Below, piece after piece: positions 39,117 to 48,374 of a DNA stretch of 64,000 nucleotides. Numbering within the stretch: the first letter of the stretch is position 1; every line of letters starts with the position of its first letter. This DNA is from a virus (lineage: Duplodnaviria > Caudoviricetes), in the IMG/VR virus record IMGVR_UViG_3300011242_000002, positions 1 to 64,000 of that record; one strand, written 5' to 3'. The position numbers were made by a program, and so were the translations under genes. The notes beneath the pieces were generated by a model, which searched no databases, had not been told where the DNA came from, and saw nothing but the letters and a program-made list of their open reading frames with translations.

Positions 39117-39504
39117 CAGTTTTTTATCAGGGAATATTGCGGCCTTTTTGTTTAACATGAAAGAACAGCTGGCTAAGCGTGACACCCAGTATGACCGCTG
39201 GCTGACCCTGCACTACCCGGCAAACCGCTGCGTGGTGATGCAACAGCGCCAGCGGGTACTCGGCACCGCCATTGCGGTCTACAGCTTCGTGACCGGACGC
39301 CAACCCACCGAAGACGAAAAGCAGCGGGTGCTGGAATGGGTGCGGCGTAACCCCTTCGTGGTGGTGGACGAACACCTGGCATTGCAGCTGTTTATTCGTC
39401 TGCATTCGGACGTTCCGGTAAGCCAAACCCTGGTGACTACGCTACCGCGTCACTGCTGTCAGTTTAGCTATCCGTTAGTTTTACCGGAATTAGTTGGTAA
39501 ATAG
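39100..39504 (+). CDS. hypothetical protein
   Basis: 134 aa, overlaps the upstream gene. Confidence 0.65.
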   Translation: MIMAFDSFLSGNIAAFLFNMKEQLAKRDTQYDRWLTLHYPANRCVVMQQRQRVLGTAIAVYSFVTGRQPTEDEKQRVLEWVRRNPFVVVDEHLALQLFIRLHSDVPVSQTLVTTLPRHCCQFSYPLVLPELVGK

Positions 39505-39523
39505 TGTAAGGAGGGAGTATACC

Positions 39524-39823
39524 ATGATTATCGCCACGTGCGTAGTCAAGGTACCGTCTTTAGTTGGGGGTTATGCCCCGTTTGATCTGTCGGCTCCGGA
39601 GCTGATCGGTCTCGCTATTGACCACATTAACCGGGGCGACGTTGCACTTATTGATCACCCCGTGTATCAACACTCAAGCGTTGCGTTCACCAACACTATC
39701 ATTGACCTTGCGGTAGAGATTCTTAATCATCTACCTGCCGAGCTCGAAACCGATTTTGATCAGATTGGGATCGTGCAGATTGATGGTACGGTTGCGCTAG
39801 TAACGCTAGAGATGAAGGACTAA
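39524..39823 (+). CDS. hypothetical protein
   Basis: ATG at 39524 after GGAGGGAG RBS. Confidence 0.7.
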   Translation: MIIATCVVKVPSLVGGYAPFDLSAPELIGLAIDHINRGDVALIDHPVYQHSSVAFTNTIIDLAVEILNHLPAELETDFDQIGIVQIDGTVALVTLEMKD

Positions 39824-39828
39824 GTGGT

Positions 39829-40224
39829 ATGGCAAACGCCCCCAATTTTCAACGTGTGATTTGTGTTATTGAATGCCCGGCTGCCGATGACCTGTTGCGT
39901 CAACACTGCGCGGTAAAGAACAAAGAGTGGCGCATTGCCTTCGAAGACCTGATGGAGGTCGTGGCGTTAGTCATGGAAGGGAATGAGAATGAAGCGTTCC
40001 GTCGTCTGGAATACTTCGTTGGTATCCCGTTGTTCCACCCCGCACATTACGGCCGCGATAGCTTTTCCCAACCCGCTACCGATCTGGTAACTGCGCTGGC
40101 ACTCGCACTCAAACATGCGTTACCTCACGCCCAACCGAATCAGGACAACCTTGTCGTGCGCTGTACGTTCTTACAGACAACCGGCAAGTGGTTCGTATTC
40201 GATGTGGTTTTACAAACTTGTTAA
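39829..40224 (+). CDS. hypothetical protein
   Basis: 131 aa, tight operon spacing. Confidence 0.7.
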   Translation: MANAPNFQRVICVIECPAADDLLRQHCAVKNKEWRIAFEDLMEVVALVMEGNENEAFRRLEYFVGIPLFHPAHYGRDSFSQPATDLVTALALALKHALPHAQPNQDNLVVRCTFLQTTGKWFVFDVVLQTC

Positions 40225-40335
40225 GCAGGAGAACTTGTATACGACGTGTCCTCAGCAGGGGCACACCAAACGCCGTGGAGACGATAGGTTTCTTGTCTCC
40301 ACTCAAAATATCCACGCCGGCTTGGTGATAAACAG

Positions 40336-41070
40336 ATGACAACCACTTTTAACTTTATCCGTGTTTTACTGCTCGCTGCAGCAGTTTCCTTTACTGGCTA
40401 TGCACAAGCGTCCGCTCCCGCAAAGAAGGTCGAGTTCAACCAGGCAGGCTTTAACAAGTACAAGAAAGACTTGTTGAAGGCCAGCCAGGCGACCGGGGAA
40501 TCCGCGACTACGTTAGCCGCCTATTCATCCATTGAAACTAACCTGCGGGCTAACGTCTGCAACTCCGCTGGAAGCGGTGCGTGCGGGATGACCCAGTTCA
40601 TGCCCGGCACTTGGAAAACCATGGTGAAGAAGAACCACCGCAAGTATGGTTTGAGTAAAAACGTATCTCGTTCTAATGCTTACGCTAACCTGGTCATGAC
40701 GGCCGAGTACATTAAGGATAACCGTGACATCCTTAAGAAAGCGTTAAACCGAGATGTCAGCCCCTCGGAGGTCTACCTGGCACACGCGCTGGGCCCGGGC
40801 AACGCGCTCAAGGTTCTGCGTGCTAACCCTAACCGCAAGATCACCAGCGTGATCTCTGTCCATCGTGGCAACAACCGGTTAATGTATGCAAAAGGCAAGC
40901 CTCTTACCGTGGCGCAGTTTAAAGCCAACATGCAGCGAAAGTTTACCGCACACAGCTCAGTGTACCGCCCGGCTGTCAACAGCTACGCCCTGAACCAGCT
41001 GCCCAAGCAGCAGGCGATGGATCATCTGATCGCACAGGTTTCGACGACCCCTGGTGTGCCGTCTTTGTAA
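40336..41070 (+). CDS. lytic transglycosylase (SLT/phiKZ gp144-like catalytic domain) with signal peptide; putative endolysin
   Basis: Signal peptide ending AQA; catalytic IET, SGACGMTQF..GTW, VYLAHALGPG motifs. Confidence 0.82.
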   Translation: MTTTFNFIRVLLLAAAVSFTGYAQASAPAKKVEFNQAGFNKYKKDLLKASQATGESATTLAAYSSIETNLRANVCNSAGSGACGMTQFMPGTWKTMVKKNHRKYGLSKNVSRSNAYANLVMTAEYIKDNRDILKKALNRDVSPSEVYLAHALGPGNALKVLRANPNRKITSVISVHRGNNRLMYAKGKPLTVAQFKANMQRKFTAHSSVYRPAVNSYALNQLPKQQAMDHLIAQVSTTPGVPSL

Positions 41071-41107
41071 AACCTTACATAACCCGTCGATAATGTACAC
41101 CCACAAC

Positions 41108-41136
41108 GGCAGTCCTTCGGGGCTGCCTTTATGCCG
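41108..41136 (+). terminator. UUCG hairpin + TTATGCCG
   Basis: GGCAGTCC-TTCG-GGGCTGCC-TTTATGCCG. Confidence 0.75.
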
Positions 41137-41153
41137 ATCTAAGGATAACCCGT

Positions 41154-42035
41154 ATGTCCGTTCGTTCGTTGATTGCTTTTACCGGTGGACTGGATTCCAC
41201 TTATTTATTGCAGGAAGAATTAAAGAAAGGTCATGATGTCGAGGTTGTTTACGCCTACGTCTCCCAGGGTGATATCCACTGCCTTGCCGAGTTAACTTGT
41301 CGACGTCGTATTCTTAATTACTTCAAACAACTTTATCCGGGTAAGATAAAGGATGAATGGGTTACCGTCGATCCCGCCCTCTGGGTGAGACAAGGTTTGG
41401 ATGCGATGCGGTCTGGGCGTGTACAACTCGTTCAACAATACAACACCATGACGTCACTGATTCAGGTTATCCTGCAGGCTGATAAAAATATTCATTATCG
41501 ACCAATGACAGGCTGGCACTGTATGGATGTCATGGAAAACAATCCGGCAGAATACCAATCGGAGGAAACTTACACGCTCTACAAAGGAATCTTTAAATCT
41601 TTAGTACGGAGTGTAGAGCCAGAACGCAATATTTTCTGTGGGTTAACAACACCGGTTTGGAACACGACTAAAAAGGAAATGTGGGATTCGCTAGACAGCT
41701 GGGTGCAATCAAACATTTCGACCGGTTACCAGTTTTCAGAAACAGAAGCGCGCAACGGCGCCCTTGTGTTGATAGATGACACCGAGTTCAAGAAAGTGCG
41801 TGAGTACCGTGAACTCGGTGTCTCAACCCCGGTTGCTGTCACTGCACACTTTGAGTTGCTGTCTAAACTCGATCGCTACTTCATTGGGAAGATGTATGGT
41901 GTGGGCTACGGGAGCTCGTCTGTATTCCGCAATTGTAAGGATTATTACAATTCGATAAATAACCACATCGGGCGTGCAGTAAACATTGAATGGGTGCAAA
42001 AGCTGCACGACACCCATCGTAAAAGTAATGATTAA
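41154..42035 (+). CDS. QueC-like PP-loop ATP pyrophosphatase
   Basis: LIAFTGGLDSTYLL PP-loop, TPVWNTTKKEM; no C-terminal CxxCxxC. Confidence 0.65.
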   Translation: MSVRSLIAFTGGLDSTYLLQEELKKGHDVEVVYAYVSQGDIHCLAELTCRRRILNYFKQLYPGKIKDEWVTVDPALWVRQGLDAMRSGRVQLVQQYNTMTSLIQVILQADKNIHYRPMTGWHCMDVMENNPAEYQSEETYTLYKGIFKSLVRSVEPERNIFCGLTTPVWNTTKKEMWDSLDSWVQSNISTGYQFSETEARNGALVLIDDTEFKKVREYRELGVSTPVAVTAHFELLSKLDRYFIGKMYGVGYGSSSVFRNCKDYYNSINNHIGRAVNIEWVQKLHDTHRKSND

Positions 42036-42086
42036 CATTATTCCGTCATTCTGTAGCAAACTCAATTTACTCGTAAGGATCGTATT

Positions 42087-42527
42087 ATGTCTGGACACTT
42101 CATCGAACGGGAATTGGTGCTCATTCCCAACACCCTGATTAACGAGCGCAATATTAGCCACGCCCACCTCCTGGAGCTTACCACCCAACCGCACTGGTGT
42201 GAACTGGGGTCGCCCCCGGCGCCGGACTTTGAAGACTACAAGCCCGCCTTACTGGTCAGCCAGGCCGTCAAGGATCGTCTAGATCGTTATCGTCAGATAA
42301 ACCCTATTGATGTGGTGGGTACGATCATCAGCTCCCGTGTGGACGTCGCCGGTAACCTGGTGGGGGTGGTTCGTATTCTGGACACCCATGCTAAAGCCGC
42401 GAGCTTAAAGAAAGCCCTGATGAAGCCCAAATGCGGTTTGGTGATTCACCCCCGTATTGGTCTGCGCCAGACCTTCGGCAATAATTATGAAGCCTGCGTG
42501 TTTGGTTTTGACCTGGGGTTTAAATGA
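42087..42527 (+). CDS. hypothetical protein
   Basis: 146 aa, AAGGA RBS. Confidence 0.7.
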   Translation: MSGHFIERELVLIPNTLINERNISHAHLLELTTQPHWCELGSPPAPDFEDYKPALLVSQAVKDRLDRYRQINPIDVVGTIISSRVDVAGNLVGVVRILDTHAKAASLKKALMKPKCGLVIHPRIGLRQTFGNNYEACVFGFDLGFK

Positions 42528-42901
42528 TGACTAAGATCTTAGCGCTAAATGCTGTACCGGATTCGATCACCGTTCATCCGTTTGGCACCCTTGCGGTTAC
42601 CCCAATGCTGCAGCATCCTGAGCTGGGATCGGGTGACGAACAGATGCGAGTGGTGAGGTTGGATAACGGTCACCATTATCTCTTGACCCCCAATGTTGCC
42701 ACGGCACTGCTGCGCATGCGCGCTAACGTTGGTAACGTCCACGGTGTGCGGGTGGCGAAAGACATTCTGGAAAAGGGCACGGGGATGGTCTGGCATAAAG
42801 GGTCAAACCATCCGTACTCGTATATCACCATGGGGTATAACGGCAGCTATATTGAGCAACGGGTTGCGACAGCAGACCTCGGTTTGCACGTTGATGATTA
42901 A
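42524..42901 (+). CDS. hypothetical protein
   Basis: 125 aa, start abuts the upstream stop. Confidence 0.7.
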   Translation: MMTKILALNAVPDSITVHPFGTLAVTPMLQHPELGSGDEQMRVVRLDNGHHYLLTPNVATALLRMRANVGNVHGVRVAKDILEKGTGMVWHKGSNHPYSYITMGYNGSYIEQRVATADLGLHVDD

Positions 42902-42905
42902 TCCG

Positions 42906-42939
42906 AAGGCCGGGTAACACCGGTCCTTCTTTTTTTTTT
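42906..42939 (+). terminator. intrinsic terminator
   Basis: GAAGG.CCGG...CCGG.CCTTC imperfect stem plus long T-run. Confidence 0.6.
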
Positions 42940-42951
42940 GTAAGGATCACT

Positions 42952-43551
42952 ATGAATCGATTCTACGTAAGCCTGGTGGGTGAGTCGGTAACCGATTTGG
43001 GGATTACCCGCCCGCGGGCCATTGGGATCAAGGTGCGCACCCACTCGGGTGTACCGATTGCATTGCGCCTGATTCCGGGCTTTGACCCCTACATGTCGTT
43101 CTTAATCGTGCGTAATGGTTTGTTAGGCCTGTACCGTTTTGATCGTCGCATGTCCGCCATGTCCGATCGAGCGGAGGCCAACGGTTTGGATCACGATGCG
43201 GTAAAAGAGATTGCCGAAGAGCTCTGTCGTAACCTGTTTTCAAAAGAGACTGGGATTATCTTTTTAAAGCAGATGGTCGGTGAGTTCCGCTTCCCGGAGG
43301 TGGTCAGCAGTATTGGCGGTAGCGGGGTGTATGTTGAAAGCGATTTGCTCTTCACCTTAACGCGCTCGCGCGGTTCAATTCATGGCTACGACGTGGGTTT
43401 AGGTAAGATCCCGCTGATTGAGCTCGGTATCCATCAGCAAAAGATCGTCAATGTCGACCCTACCCTGACCAAGGATTTTGCTCGCAAGGTGCGGACCAAG
43501 TACGGTCATCGGGTTGCGGTCACGTTTTCTGGATGTGTCATTAAAAACTAA
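42952..43551 (+). CDS. hypothetical protein
   Basis: 199 aa, AAGGA RBS. Confidence 0.7.
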   Translation: MNRFYVSLVGESVTDLGITRPRAIGIKVRTHSGVPIALRLIPGFDPYMSFLIVRNGLLGLYRFDRRMSAMSDRAEANGLDHDAVKEIAEELCRNLFSKETGIIFLKQMVGEFRFPEVVSSIGGSGVYVESDLLFTLTRSRGSIHGYDVGLGKIPLIELGIHQQKIVNVDPTLTKDFARKVRTKYGHRVAVTFSGCVIKN

Positions 43552-43557
43552 AAGGGG

Positions 43558-44340
43558 TTGAACATGCTTGGAGTACTGCGCGGTTGGTGGTCAAATTTTA
43601 CGGAACGTAACAACATCTGCCATTGGGATTATGGGATTCGCTGGCGGCGGGAAGGAAAGAACGTCACGGTGAACAGCATTGAGCTGCAGTATCAGTTTGG
43701 CCTGCAGGCGAAGCGTTTAGCGTTAGGGGTAGAGATCGGTGGGGATGAGGATCACATGTATACTTTCCGCATTGCGATCCCGCTGCTGTTTGCCTTCTGG
43801 CTCCATGTCGATACCCCGCCAAACCGTTTCACCAAATGGTTTGTTGGCAAGGATTGGTTACTGGGGGGTCGCGAGACCGGTTTTAGCATTGACCGTGATT
43901 TGGTGTCGTTCCGTTTACACAGTACCACCCTGGGGTGGTCTGCGGATAAGTGGTGTGGCTGGACCTGGATTCGCAGCTGGCGTGAAATCTTTATGGGTGA
44001 TCACAACTCTCGTAAAGGTGAGCTACGTTTTGACGTGGTGCGTGGTTCGCTTGGTGCGTCAAAAGGTGCGCCAGAAGGCCACAAAGACATCCTCTTTGAC
44101 GTCAAGTATGAAGACAACATCAGCAGCTACAGCCGCTGGTATCTGTTTTGGTATCATCCAAAGTGGACGCGCATCTCATTAACGCCACGGGAGAAAATCG
44201 TGGTGCCCGGGAAAGGAGATAACGGTTGGGATCAGGACGATGAGACGATGGGCGAGATCAGTTTTGGCAACACGGTAAAAACCCTGGATGAAGCCATCAT
44301 TCAGTATAATCAAGCCCTTCATCGCTACATGGGTCGCTGA
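43558..44340 (+). CDS. hypothetical Trp-rich protein
   Basis: 260 aa ORF. Confidence 0.7.
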   Translation: MNMLGVLRGWWSNFTERNNICHWDYGIRWRREGKNVTVNSIELQYQFGLQAKRLALGVEIGGDEDHMYTFRIAIPLLFAFWLHVDTPPNRFTKWFVGKDWLLGGRETGFSIDRDLVSFRLHSTTLGWSADKWCGWTWIRSWREIFMGDHNSRKGELRFDVVRGSLGASKGAPEGHKDILFDVKYEDNISSYSRWYLFWYHPKWTRISLTPREKIVVPGKGDNGWDQDDETMGEISFGNTVKTLDEAIIQYNQALHRYMGR

Positions 44341-44347
44341 GGTTACC

Positions 44348-44977
44348 GTGGAAAATAATAAAGCTAACGTATTCATCTACTGGGACTTCGATGATGTCCT
44401 GGGCAAAACCCATGCGCAGTTTATTTTTCTTCTGAAGCTGCTGTTTGACCATGATGCGGCAACGGACGTGTATTTGACCCCCGCTAATACCGACGGCCAC
44501 TTAGCGGTAATTTTAAACAAAGCCACGTTCATGCGCAACACCGCCTTTGACTACCAGGTGATTGCCGCCTGGAAAGCTATCCAGGAAAACTTCCCGCAGG
44601 TGGTACATGGGTTGGCCACCCACCGTGGTTACCACCCGGATGGCGAAGCCCACACGATGGCGTTACTGGACGAACACGGGTTCAAGTTTGCCAGCTACCA
44701 TTTTATCGACCCTGCTGTCCACGGGAAAGACAAGATGGTGTACCTGCGCGAGCGCCATGCGCCTGACGACATCATCATCTTAATCGATGACAATACGTTC
44801 TACGAACACGATCAGTACCCCAATGCCTCCACGGTGCTGATCGATAAACCCTGGAACAAGCACGTCGTAACGACCTCCCCTGAGCTGCGCGTTCAGACCT
44901 CTGGTATCTATGAGGCTGTGGAGGCGCTGCTGTGCTTCTACACCTTAAAGGCCATGACCAATGAAAGAGCAGCCTAA
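44348..44977 (+). CDS. HAD-family 5'(3')-deoxyribonucleotidase-like protein
   Basis: IYWDFDDVL (DxD), ATHRG, ILIDDN, LIDKPWN; GTG start after GAGG. Confidence 0.75.
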   Translation: MENNKANVFIYWDFDDVLGKTHAQFIFLLKLLFDHDAATDVYLTPANTDGHLAVILNKATFMRNTAFDYQVIAAWKAIQENFPQVVHGLATHRGYHPDGEAHTMALLDEHGFKFASYHFIDPAVHGKDKMVYLRERHAPDDIIILIDDNTFYEHDQYPNASTVLIDKPWNKHVVTTSPELRVQTSGIYEAVEALLCFYTLKAMTNERAA

Positions 44978-45407
44978 AGTAAAAATGTCGGTGGATATGG
45001 GTCGGGCGTTCATGCTTGCGGAATACCCCTGGTATGACACCGACATGTGCCAATCCAGCCAAGGTCTTGTCACCCCACCAAACGACTGCCCATCGACGGA
45101 AAAGATCAAATACACGCTGTGCTGTCACGCGCTGAACTGCTATGAAAAACGCAGTGCAACAGATGACCATGATAGCTTGTTAACGCTGATGTGGTACACC
45201 TACGGATTTGTTCCCTGTGCTATCACCTATCAGGGGTTTAACTACCGAGCATTGGTAGGGCTGCGCGGCATCTGCTGGGTTGAAAAACCACCGATTGATT
45301 TGATTGACCCAGAAGGCAAAGGTTACCCGGCATTGTTTGAACAGGCCGTCCGTATCTGCAAGACTCTGCGTACTGCTGTTCGTCAGGAACAGCAGCTGCT
45401 GCGTTAA
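44961..45407 (+). CDS. hypothetical protein
   Basis: 148 aa, overlaps upstream gene. Confidence 0.65.
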   Translation: MKEQPKVKMSVDMGRAFMLAEYPWYDTDMCQSSQGLVTPPNDCPSTEKIKYTLCCHALNCYEKRSATDDHDSLLTLMWYTYGFVPCAITYQGFNYRALVGLRGICWVEKPPIDLIDPEGKGYPALFEQAVRICKTLRTAVRQEQQLLR

Positions 45408-45440
45408 TCCTTATGTAACCCCATAACAGAGATTGAAACA

Positions 45441-46019
45441 ATGAACCATATTTTCTATGCTCGCGAGCATTTATTGGTCGTCTACACCGAAACCGAAGAT
45501 CACCCGCGTCCGGAAGGGCTGCGCGATACCGCGCTGGTTGACATCACCAACTGGCCGTGCGACATCATGTCAATTAACGAAACCCAGTGCATGGTGTTTG
45601 CTGACCCGGGCTTCATGTCCAGTATGGGTACCGGCTTTACCGCCGGCGGCGAGCTGATCACCGGTGCGCTGGTATGGCGCGACCGCTACCTGTACCGTCA
45701 CAATGCGCAGGGTGAGCTGGACCTGATCGGTGAGTTCCCGTCACCGTGGCACAACCTTTCCCGTAGCTTCTATGAAACCCGCCATGAGAACGGTGAGCTC
45801 TACGACGAGCTGATGCAGACCGCCAGTCGGGCTGACAACATCAACGAAACCAAAGAGTACCAGGATCAGTACGTGGCGCGCATGCTGCGCCTCTTTGTGA
45901 AGTACAATGTGCCGGTGCAGTACGGCTATTGCGTTAACGTGCGGACCGGTTGTATGTCACGCATTAACCGCCAGCGTATGAAAGAGCTGGAAGAACGGGC
46001 CCGTGCCAAGCGTAACTAA
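45441..46019 (+). CDS. hypothetical protein
   Basis: 192 aa, phage-like codon usage. Confidence 0.75.
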   Translation: MNHIFYAREHLLVVYTETEDHPRPEGLRDTALVDITNWPCDIMSINETQCMVFADPGFMSSMGTGFTAGGELITGALVWRDRYLYRHNAQGELDLIGEFPSPWHNLSRSFYETRHENGELYDELMQTASRADNINETKEYQDQYVARMLRLFVKYNVPVQYGYCVNVRTGCMSRINRQRMKELEERARAKRN

Positions 46020-46027
46020 CGTCTAAT

Positions 46028-46077
46028 GATGGATCCGCTTCCTGCTGCGGTGGGAGGTGGATCCATCTTTTTATGCT
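46028..46077 (+). terminator. hairpin + TTTTTATGCT
   Basis: GATGGATCCGCTTCC/GGAGGTGGATCCATC stem. Confidence 0.75.
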
Positions 46078-46111
46078 GCAGATAATTTTACCTCTACATT
46101 ACCGGGGTGAA
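46076..46111 (+). promoter_or_regulatory. early promoter TACATTAC
   Basis: CTGCAGATAATTTTACCTCTACATTAC..GTGA (core 46095-46102). Confidence 0.72.
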
Positions 46112-46172
46112 TGACACTTCCCCGTTATTCTGTACATAGCCTCCCTACCGTATGAGTTAGAGTCTTTGGAGA

Positions 46173-46469
46173 TTGCGTATGTTAGAGCGCTTCCTGCTCA
46201 TTGTGGCCCTCAAGTTTATTGTCTGTTGGACGATCATCTTCTTTGCCGAGCGCCAACAGCTCAAACCCTACTACTATTTCCATGAAGTGGTGTTGGGGTG
46301 CATTGTCGTGGCAATCACTCCGTTGGTCGGTCAGTTGGCCCTGTACGTTTACATGGGCTATCAGCTGCGGGACTACCCGTACGGGATGGTGCGCGCCTGG
46401 CTTTGGCCAGTCGAGTGCTACCGTTCGATCATTTACCGCTACACCCGTCGTTATCCGTTTCGTCATTAA
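46173..46469 (+). CDS. small membrane protein
   Basis: 98 aa with two hydrophobic segments. Confidence 0.6.
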   Translation: MRMLERFLLIVALKFIVCWTIIFFAERQQLKPYYYFHEVVLGCIVVAITPLVGQLALYVYMGYQLRDYPYGMVRAWLWPVECYRSIIYRYTRRYPFRH

Positions 46470-46482
46470 ATAAGGGACCCGT

Positions 46483-47031
46483 ATGTCACTCGTTGATAAG
46501 TTTAAGAATTGGAAACCACAGAAGCAGCGTGAGCTGTTAGAGCAGCTGCTGATGATTCACGCCGGCACCCAAAGCGATAACCTGCTGTACGCACAGCCAA
46601 CGGCAATCAACGTCGCCTGGCACGACAGCCCGGAAGCCATCCACCGCGCCTACTGGGAACCGCTGTGTCAACGCGAGCAGCTGCCCTACGAGGAGCTGTT
46701 CTCCCGCATGACCATTGAAGCCGGTGACAACGGCATTGGGGATATTGTCGGGAACACCCCGGCCCAGGTCGTAGCCGGGATTCGTGAGCAGGGATGCTGG
46801 GCCTTTACCGACTACCATAACCGCATGGTGCATATCTGGGATGGTGGCACCGTGGATCAAGGGATGATCATGCAGATGATTGCTTCCGAGGTGGCGCACC
46901 TGACGCCGGACCGCTGGAGCAACGAACAGTTAGAGGAGCTGCGGGTAGAACAGTTTGGCTACGTTGCCAACATTGCCCTGCAGGCGTTTAATCAAGCCAT
47001 GGAACACCGTGCGGCAAAACTGGAGGGGTAA
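46483..47031 (+). CDS. hypothetical protein, degenerate zincin (ImmA/IrrE-like) motif
   Basis: MVHIW...MIASEVAHL...EELRVEQF resembles HExxH...E with the first His replaced. Confidence 0.6.
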   Translation: MSLVDKFKNWKPQKQRELLEQLLMIHAGTQSDNLLYAQPTAINVAWHDSPEAIHRAYWEPLCQREQLPYEELFSRMTIEAGDNGIGDIVGNTPAQVVAGIREQGCWAFTDYHNRMVHIWDGGTVDQGMIMQMIASEVAHLTPDRWSNEQLEELRVEQFGYVANIALQAFNQAMEHRAAKLEG

Positions 47032-47032
47032 C

Positions 47033-47254
47033 ATGTGGCTACTATTCTGGCTGTCATTGGGCTGGTTCATTTCATCCGTCATGTTGCATTTCGGCGAGAG
47101 GCGGGGGATTCGTATGACCAATCCTATCGCTAAACGTCCTGGGTTCGGTGACTGGTGGCGACTGTTCTGCTGCCCGTATGTCACGGTGTACCGCACACTG
47201 CACGCCGTGGTGGGCTACCTGGTTGAACTGACCTGGCGTTTGGTAAAGGGATAA
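47033..47254 (+). CDS. small membrane protein
   Basis: ATG at 47033 after GGAGGGG; hydrophobic N-terminus MWLLFWLSLGWFISSVML. Confidence 0.6.
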   Translation: MWLLFWLSLGWFISSVMLHFGERRGIRMTNPIAKRPGFGDWWRLFCCPYVTVYRTLHAVVGYLVELTWRLVKG

Positions 47255-47259
47255 CTACC

Positions 47260-48363
47260 ATGTCAAGCATCTATTTGCTGATCGTGTTTATCCCAACGGT
47301 GTTGTGGGTGATTGCCAGCAAGGCGATCTTCCACGCCACCATCAACCTTAAAGAGTGGTGCATTCAGATTCTGGCGGCCCTGGCAACGTCACTGATCCTT
47401 TGGGGGGTGATCGCCATGGGTAGCCTGACGATGTCGTATGACACCGAGATCCTCAACGGCTATATCACCGGCAAGGAGCGGGTGAAGGTCGGCTGCGAGC
47501 ATCAGTATCAATGCGGGGAAACCTGCACCAAGGACAGCAAAGGCAACAAAACCTGTAAACCGGTTTATTGTGATGAGCACGCCTACGATGTCGATTGGGA
47601 TGTGAAATCTTCGGTGGGTAGCTGGACGATCAGTCGAGTGGATCGTCGCGGCTTAACCGAACCGCCACGCTGGACCCAGGTGGTGATTGGTGAACCGGCG
47701 GCTTCTTGGAAGGTGGCCAGTAACTACATGCTGTTACAGGAGAACCACTTTAACACCTCTGACAGCATCATGGCGCACTACAAGGATCAGTTACCGGAAT
47801 ACCCGTCAACCTATGACTACTATCGCTTTAACCGCGTGATCAACGACACCCATACCGACTACGGCTGGATCAATGATTACCTTAATGATCAGCTGCGCAT
47901 GCTGGGCAAAGAGAAGCAGTTAAACGTGATTGTAGTGATCACCAACAAACCGTACGAGTACTACACGGCGGTGCGTCAGGCCTGGAAAGGCACGAAGCGT
48001 AACGATGTGCAGCTGTTCTACGGGTTGGATGCCGAGGGTCACATTAGCTGGTTTAAGGCCGACTCGTTTGCAGACGGGCAGTCCAATGCGGCGATGCTGG
48101 AATCGCTGCGTATTCCGACACTTAATGCCATGTTGACGCCTGAGTTGCTAAACGAGCAGCTGCTGACCATCAAAGAGAAGTTTGTGCGTCTGCCAAACGA
48201 AAAGCTCGAGTACCTGAAAGACCAGTGGTCACCGAGTATTACGTTCATTACTATCCTAACGCTGTTAAACCTGCTGGTCTCCGTAGTGATCAGTTGGTTC
48301 CTTCATAAAGAGGAGTTAGGGGAGTTTAAGTTCTTAACCAAAACCAAAAGCAGTTACTATTAA
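47260..48363 (+). CDS. membrane protein with periplasmic Cys-containing and TPM-like region
   Basis: Two N-terminal TMs, CEHQYQC..C..C..C, LNDQLRMLGKEKQLNVIVVIT, C-terminal TM. Confidence 0.7.
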   Translation: MSSIYLLIVFIPTVLWVIASKAIFHATINLKEWCIQILAALATSLILWGVIAMGSLTMSYDTEILNGYITGKERVKVGCEHQYQCGETCTKDSKGNKTCKPVYCDEHAYDVDWDVKSSVGSWTISRVDRRGLTEPPRWTQVVIGEPAASWKVASNYMLLQENHFNTSDSIMAHYKDQLPEYPSTYDYYRFNRVINDTHTDYGWINDYLNDQLRMLGKEKQLNVIVVITNKPYEYYTAVRQAWKGTKRNDVQLFYGLDAEGHISWFKADSFADGQSNAAMLESLRIPTLNAMLTPELLNEQLLTIKEKFVRLPNEKLEYLKDQWSPSITFITILTLLNLLVSVVISWFLHKEELGEFKFLTKTKSSYY

Positions 48364-48374
48364 CGGAGAGTAAA

